Source: a bacterium (GTDB lineage Bacteria; Margulisbacteria; WOR-1; O2-12-FULL-45-9; XYB2-FULL-48-7). Taken from it: a stretch of DNA of 64,000 bases. The position numbers and the translations under genes are program-made. Positions 58,984 through 64,000 of the stretch are shown in pieces. The DNA lies in contig JBDRLW010000046.1 in assembly GCA_043812655.1 (NCBI GenBank), positions 8,452 through 72,451 of the forward strand, written 5' to 3'. The notes under the pieces were generated by a model. It was not told the origin of the DNA. It made no database searches and saw only the letters and a program-made list of their open reading frames with translations. How positions within the stretch are numbered: position 1 is the stretch's first letter; the number at the start of each line of letters is the position of its first letter.

Positions 58984-61557
58984 ATGCCCGACTTAACCCC
59001 GATGGCCCGGCAATACCAGGAGATCAAAGCCTCCCAAAAGGACGCGATCCTCTTTTTCCGCTTGGGTGATTTCTACGAAATGTTTTATGAGGATGCTGAA
59101 CTCGCCTCTCGCGAACTCGATCTAACCCTTACCGGCCGTGGGAAAGACGAAAACCGGATGCCGATGTGCGGCGTCCCATACCATGCTGCCGAAAGCTATA
59201 TTGCCAAGTTGATCGAAAAAGGGTACAAGGTGGCGATTTGCGAGCAGGTGGAAGACCCGAAACTGGCCAAAGGTTTAGTTAGAAGAGAAGTGATCAGAAT
59301 CATCACCCCCGGAACCGTAATTGAATCATCCATGCTGTTTGATAGGACTAATAACTATTTAATGGCGATTAATCAAGAAAAGGGTAAGTACGGATTAGCC
59401 TTTGTTGAGGCAACCACTGGTGAATTTAAGCTGTCTGATTTTGATTCGGTAGAAAAGATGCATGATGAAGTAACAAGAATTAATCCCTCAGAAATTATCG
59501 TTTCTGATCTGCTTCCCGAGGAACCGCGACGTTTAGTCGCAGGTTCCAGACCAGTTTCATTATTCAAGGACATCTATGACAACGAGACGGCAATTGAGAA
59601 GCTAAAAGAACATTTTGCTGTTCAGTCGCTCGAATCGTTTGGTTTAGATGGGAATGAAGTCGCCCTGGGTGCCGCGGCCGCGATCCTTGATTATCTCAAA
59701 GAGACGCAAAAGACCACCCTCGGTCACATTAATAACTTAAAGCATTATCAGACGGAAGAATTTATGTTTATTGATGCGACAACGAGACGGAATTTAGAAC
59801 TGACCGCCACCGCCCGGGACAAATCATTTAGAGGCAGCCTCCTTTGGGTTCTTGATCGGACAAAGACATCGATGGGGAGTCGATTATTGCGACAATGGTT
59901 GCTACAACCATTATTAGATGTAACCATAATTAATAAGCGCTTAGACGCGGTTGAAGAATTATTTGGTGATGCAATGCTGCGGTCGGAATTAAGCGAGGGC
60001 TTAAAGAAAGTCTTTGATATCGAACGGTTAACCGGTAAAGTTGCGACTCAAGCGGCAAATGCCAGGGATTTGGTGGCATTAAAAGAATCGTTAGAGCAGT
60101 TGCCGAGGATCAGGAATGTTATAAAAGAATGTAAGGCTGGATTATTAAAACAAATGGAACCAGAGAATAAATTCTCGGTTCCATCAAGAGATCCTGCAGA
60201 ATTAATTCCGCAGGATCAAGACACAATAACCGCGAATTCATTCGCTGGTTTCGAAAATCAAATCATAAACCTCATATCCAAATCCATCATCGACGAACCG
60301 CCATTTGTGATCAAAGAAGGAGGGCTGATCAAGCAAGGTTTTAATGCCGAACTTGATGAGCTCAAGAAAGCGACCAGCGGCGGGAAGCAATGGATCGCCG
60401 AGTTAGAAGTCTCGGAAAGAAAACGGTCAGGGATCAAATCGCTTAAGATCGGCTTTACGAAAGTTTTTGGTTATTACATCGAGGTGACGAATTCCAACCT
60501 TAATGAAGTGCCGCCAGATTATATCCGCAAACAGACGCTGGTTAACGCCGAGCGATTCATCACCCCCGAGTTAAAGGAGAAGGAAGCCCTGATCTTGAAC
60601 GCCGATGAACGGATGAAAGAGCTGGAATATCAAATTCTTTGTGATGTTCGGACGCAAGTTGCGGGTTTTACCAAGCAATTGCAGGCCGTTGCTTTCGCCT
60701 TAGCTCAAACGGATGTACTTTTATCCCTGGCCGAGGTCGCGGTTGAGAATAAGTATTGCCGCCCTATACTCCAGGCTCCGAACTCCCAACTCCGAACTAT
60801 TCAAGGCCGTCACCCGGTGGTAGAAAAAACTCTTAATGAATTCCAGTTTGTCCCTAATGATGTCGAATTAAATGATGAGCAACGATTCCTTTTAATAACT
60901 GGACCCAATATGGGTGGAAAATCAACTTATATGAGACAAGTCGCGCTTATCTGCCTCATGGCGCAGATCGGTTCATTTGTCCCGGCCAACAAAGCGGAAC
61001 TTTCATTAATAGATAGGATCTTTACCAGGATCGGAGCAATGGATGATATTTATTCCGGGCAATCGACCTTTATGGTAGAGATGACGGAGACGGCTAACAT
61101 TATTAATAATGCCACCGAAAAGAGTCTGATCATATTGGATGAGATCGGGCGGGGGACGTCGACTTTTGACGGGATGTCGATCGCGGCAGCGGTCGCCGAA
61201 TATATCCACACCAAGATCCGTGCCAAAACGCTTTTTGCCACTCATTATCACGAGATCACCCAGCTAGCTGATAAACATAAGGGGATGGCCAATGTTAATG
61301 TCCTGGTCAAAGAAGCTGGGGATAAAATAACTTTTTTACATCAAGTTGTTCCCGGCCCAGCTGACCGCTCTTATGGCATCCAAGTCGCCAAGTTAGCGGG
61401 TTTGCCAAATGAAGTAGTAAAAAGAGCAAAGGAAGTTTATAATACTTTGGAGATGGTTGAAAATGATTTGGGGAAAGAAGAGAAGAACAAGGCCGTTAAT
61501 TTAAAAGCCAGTAAAAGAGCTGTTTATAATAATAGAGACCAGGTTAGTTTATTTTAG
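58984..61557 (+). CDS. mutS: DNA mismatch repair protein MutS
   Basis: FRLGDFYEMF, CGVPYHA, TGPNMGGKST, DEIGRGTST, SYGIQVA; C-terminal QVSLF clamp-binding-like motif. Confidence 0.98.
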   Translation: MPDLTPMARQYQEIKASQKDAILFFRLGDFYEMFYEDAELASRELDLTLTGRGKDENRMPMCGVPYHAAESYIAKLIEKGYKVAICEQVEDPKLAKGLVRREVIRIITPGTVIESSMLFDRTNNYLMAINQEKGKYGLAFVEATTGEFKLSDFDSVEKMHDEVTRINPSEIIVSDLLPEEPRRLVAGSRPVSLFKDIYDNETAIEKLKEHFAVQSLESFGLDGNEVALGAAAAILDYLKETQKTTLGHINNLKHYQTEEFMFIDATTRRNLELTATARDKSFRGSLLWVLDRTKTSMGSRLLRQWLLQPLLDVTIINKRLDAVEELFGDAMLRSELSEGLKKVFDIERLTGKVATQAANARDLVALKESLEQLPRIRNVIKECKAGLLKQMEPENKFSVPSRDPAELIPQDQDTITANSFAGFENQIINLISKSIIDEPPFVIKEGGLIKQGFNAELDELKKATSGGKQWIAELEVSERKRSGIKSLKIGFTKVFGYYIEVTNSNLNEVPPDYIRKQTLVNAERFITPELKEKEALILNADERMKELEYQILCDVRTQVAGFTKQLQAVAFALAQTDVLLSLAEVAVENKYCRPILQAPNSQLRTIQGRHPVVEKTLNEFQFVPNDVELNDEQRFLLITGPNMGGKSTYMRQVALICLMAQIGSFVPANKAELSLIDRIFTRIGAMDDIYSGQSTFMVEMTETANIINNATEKSLIILDEIGRGTSTFDGMSIAAAVAEYIHTKIRAKTLFATHYHEITQLADKHKGMANVNVLVKEAGDKITFLHQVVPGPADRSYGIQVAKLAGLPNEVVKRAKEVYNTLEMVENDLGKEEKNKAVNLKASKRAVYNNRDQVSLF
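59520..59547. repeat. REP-like palindrome in frame inside mutS
   Basis: GGAACC-GCGAC-GTTTA-GTCGC-A-GGTTCC; same family as 57828-57926. Confidence 0.85.
60154..60250. repeat. Cluster of three REP-like palindromes in frame inside mutS
   Basis: ATGGAACC-A-GAGAA-TAAA-TTCTC-GGTTCCAT; GATCCTGCAGAATTAATTCCGCAGGATC; AACC-GCGAA-TTCA-TTCGC-T-GGTT. Confidence 0.85.
60769..60796. repeat. In-frame CTCCGAA heptamer tract in mutS
   Basis: CTCCAGG CTCCGAA CTCCCAA CTCCGAA. Confidence 0.75.
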
Positions 61558-61566
61558 GAGGATAAA

Positions 61567-61980
61567 ATGAAAAGAGGTATATTGGTTGGTTTGTTGGTTA
61601 GTGTGTTAGTGGGAAATGCGTTCGCGGCGGTAACGGAGATCGTGGGCGGGGTGAGGGATGGAGCTGCCTTAGGCATACAGCTTGAAAGCAGCGTAGCGAA
61701 AAACTTAACCATCCGCGGCGGGATCGAATTTGACTCTGGCAAACAGCCTTTCATCGGTTTTCTCGGTTTAAAATTTCCTTTAACTAGCATCGGCCGGATG
61801 CCTCTCGCGCTAGGCTTGGGGGCCGTTGGATATTTTGGCAATAATAAGACCGAGGCCGGAGTTTCTCTCTCTTTTATTTTCAACCGTTTCCTGGATATTA
61901 ATCCGCTCTTTTTGGAGCTGGGCGTCGACGCGGCTGGTACTGGTAAATTACTCGCCCAATTAGGCTACAAGATATACTGA
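61567..61980 (+). CDS. Hypothetical protein, probable small outer-membrane beta-barrel
   Basis: Signal peptide (AFA), alternating Gly/hydrophobic strands, C-terminal LGYKIY. Confidence 0.55.
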   Translation: MKRGILVGLLVSVLVGNAFAAVTEIVGGVRDGAALGIQLESSVAKNLTIRGGIEFDSGKQPFIGFLGLKFPLTSIGRMPLALGLGAVGYFGNNKTEAGVSLSFIFNRFLDINPLFLELGVDAAGTGKLLAQLGYKIY

Positions 61981-61987
61981 AGATATA

Positions 61988-62938
61988 ATGTTCAAATGGC
62001 TGGCTGACAAAATAACATATGATCTTTTACGTTTGACCCCAGGCTCGCGAGTGGGCGAAAGCGTTAACTTCTTCTTTTACGACCTGCCTAAGATCTACGT
62101 GATGCTGCTGACGATCATGTTCGTTATCGCCGTTTTACGCAGTTTTATCCCGCCGCGAAAGATCCGCCAGATTTTAAGCCATCGCCACGCATTTATTGGT
62201 AATATTCTAGCCGCTGGTTTTGGCGTCTTAACCCCATTTTGCACCTGTTCCGCCATTCCACTCTTTATCGGGATGCTCGAATCTGGCGTGCCGCTGGGAG
62301 TAACGATGTCTTTCCTGATCTCGTCGCCAACGGTCAATGAGATCGCTTTAGTCTTGTTATGGGGCCTGTTTGGCTGGAAAATAGCGCTAACCTATGTGGC
62401 CAGCGGATTAACGATCGCGGTCGTTTGCGGCTTTATCATCGGCCGCTTAAAAATGGAAAAATATCTTGAGGAGATAGTTTTTAAAACAAAGACAGTAGGG
62501 GAGACAATTGAAAAACAACCGAATTGGCAAGAGAGATTTACTTCCGCTTACGAATATACAATTGCTGTTTTTAGATCGGTCTGGTTCTATGTTCTGTTTG
62601 GCGTCGGGTTAGGTTCATTGATCCACGGTTACGTCCCGGTAGGCTTGGTCATAAAATACGCGGGGACAAATAATCCGCTGGCGGTGATCATCGCTGTCAT
62701 CTTAGGCGTGCCGCTTTACGCTAATTGCGCCGGCGCTTTGCCTGTTGTCCAAGCGATCCTGGAAAAAGGCTTGCCGCTTGGGACTAGCCTGGCGTTCATG
62801 ATGTCTGTTACCGCCTTGTCATTCCCGGAATTCATTATTTTGCGCAAGGTGATGAAGCCGCAGCTCCTCTTTACTTTTATCGGGATGGTAGCGACCGGAA
62901 TTATCTTGATCGGCTACTTTTTTAATCTCGTCTTTTAA
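61988..62938 (+). CDS. DUF318/ArsP-like permease
   Basis: PFCTCSAIP, FLISSP, GVPLY, TALSFPE; polytopic. Confidence 0.85.
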   Translation: MFKWLADKITYDLLRLTPGSRVGESVNFFFYDLPKIYVMLLTIMFVIAVLRSFIPPRKIRQILSHRHAFIGNILAAGFGVLTPFCTCSAIPLFIGMLESGVPLGVTMSFLISSPTVNEIALVLLWGLFGWKIALTYVASGLTIAVVCGFIIGRLKMEKYLEEIVFKTKTVGETIEKQPNWQERFTSAYEYTIAVFRSVWFYVLFGVGLGSLIHGYVPVGLVIKYAGTNNPLAVIIAVILGVPLYANCAGALPVVQAILEKGLPLGTSLAFMMSVTALSFPEFIILRKVMKPQLLFTFIGMVATGIILIGYFFNLVF

Positions 62939-63510
62939 CTATATAAAGAAATATGCGGTTTTTTGATCAGCGCGAATTCCCCGGGTTTTAAGTTCCCTAA
63001 TTTGATCGGACCTATTTTTACTCTGATCAAACGCAAGCAGGGGAGGCCAACCGCGGCTGTCATTTTCCTGACTTGCCGGTTGCGGCCTTCATGAATGGTG
63101 ATTTCCAGCCACGAAGTTGGGACTGACCTCCTAAAACGGATCGGTTTTGTTCTTGGCCAGATCAGTAGGTTATCAGGCAGTTGTTTAACCCTGGCCGGCA
63201 AAGTTTTTTTCCCTTCAATGACAACGCCTTTTCCCAAGTTTGAGATCGCTTCTTTTGCAGGCAGCCCTTCGACTTGCGCCCAATAAGTCTTTTCAACTTT
63301 ATACCTAGGATTGCTCATCTGCTGGTTCAATTTGCCGTCATCGGTTAAAAAGAGGAGCCCCTCGCTGTCATAATCAAGCCGGCCAACGGGATAGATGCCC
63401 TGAACATCAATATAATCTTTAAGGGTTTGGCGACCGCTCGAATCAGTAAACTGGCAGAGGACTTCAAAAGGCTTATTGAAAATTAAATATTTAAACTGCT
63501 CTTTGTTCAT
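62935..63510 (-). CDS. rluE: RsuA-family pseudouridine synthase, RluE-like
   Basis: FNKPFEVLCQF, VGRLDYDSEGLL, EGRNRQVRKM. Confidence 0.85.
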   Translation of the reverse strand: MNKEQFKYLIFNKPFEVLCQFTDSSGRQTLKDYIDVQGIYPVGRLDYDSEGLLFLTDDGKLNQQMSNPRYKVEKTYWAQVEGLPAKEAISNLGKGVVIEGKKTLPARVKQLPDNLLIWPRTKPIRFRRSVPTSWLEITIHEGRNRQVRKMTAAVGLPCLRLIRVKIGPIKLGNLKPGEFALIKKPHISLYS

Positions 63511-63576
63511 TTTTGTAATTCATACCATTATACAACTTTTCATTCTGTTATAATATATGCCAGGAGGTAAATAATT

Positions 63577-63891
63577 ATGGCAAAAGAAATTTCTGACGCG
63601 GAATTCAAGAAAGAGGTTGAAGACAACCAAGGCGTGGTCTTTGTTGATTTTTGGGCGCCATGGTGCGGCCCGTGCCGGATGATGGCTCCGGTCTTTGAAA
63701 AAATGGCGACAAAATATCCGACGGTCAAGTTTTGCAAGGTTAATACGACCGAGCATATTAAGAAAGCCAGCGAGCTGGGAGTTTCCGGCATTCCCTGCAT
63801 TATTGTTTTTAAGAATGGAAAAGAAGTCGATCGTTTGGTTGGTTTTAGGTCAGAACCGGAGTTTGAAAAGGACGTTAAAAAACATGCTTAA
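63577..63891 (+). CDS. trxA: Thioredoxin
   Basis: WAPWCGPC; SD GGAGG; TGt-TATAAT upstream. Confidence 0.95.
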   Translation: MAKEISDAEFKKEVEDNQGVVFVDFWAPWCGPCRMMAPVFEKMATKYPTVKFCKVNTTEHIKKASELGVSGIPCIIVFKNGKEVDRLVGFRSEPEFEKDVKKHA

Positions 63892-64000
63892 GAAAAATAT
63901 TTTAATAATTATTTTACTGGTCGTGGCCTTATGTTCTATTGTCCATTGCCCGGCCTTTGGCATGGGGGAGAAACAGGAAGTTTATCCAAATTTAAAGGAG
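63884..64000 (+). CDS. Secreted protein, 5' portion only (runs off window)
   Basis: MLKKNILIIILLVVALCSIVHCPAFGMGEK..., overlaps trxA stop, open to window end. Confidence 0.5.
   Translation, partial: MLKKNILIIILLVVALCSIVHCPAFGMGEKQEVYPNLKE

Noticed and set aside
60735-60744. GTCGCGGTT resembling a REP half-site in mutS
   Set aside because: No complementary arm; encodes ordinary EVAV

Overview
Gene-dense chromosome segment (about 65 CDS) from an apparently anaerobic, probably diderm bacterium. I found no rRNA, tRNA, CRISPR array or transposase. A Saganbacteria/Margulisbacteria-like origin is only an unverified guess. Layout: (1) aroB (partial) and tyrS. (2) 2.0-23.1 kb: a MarR-regulated surface-glycan cluster with the CDP-3,6-dideoxyhexose genes rfbF/G/H, a NeuB-SAF-cupin fusion, a HAD phosphatase, a YerE-like ThDP enzyme, three radical-SAM enzymes, three methyltransferases and GtrA/B. 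It plausibly makes a long-chain acyl-branched sugar. (3) A convergent operon: JAB protease, class IV aminotransferase, membrane protein and GT-C protein. (4) 27-44 kb: a sodium-bioenergetics block (membrane PPase, Na+-type V/A-ATPase with shortened E and C subunits, divergent rnfCDGEAB, P-type ATPase). (5) 44-64 kb: housekeeping genes (CIRCE-groESL, nusA-infB-rbfA-nrnA-truB-nnrE, ligA, trmH-like, pheST, a DUF4160/DUF2442 pair, mutS, trxA). Most unusual signals: several families of REP-like palindromes and period-7 repeat tracts lying in frame inside conserved genes (mutS at three sites, nnrE, truB, ligA, rfbG); a NusA carrying a C-terminal IF2-N domain; a 4-residue deletion in the catalytic DNVGDNVGD motif of the membrane PPase; and apparent CGATCG (HIP1-core) enrichment. 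All family calls come from motif recognition, not database searches.
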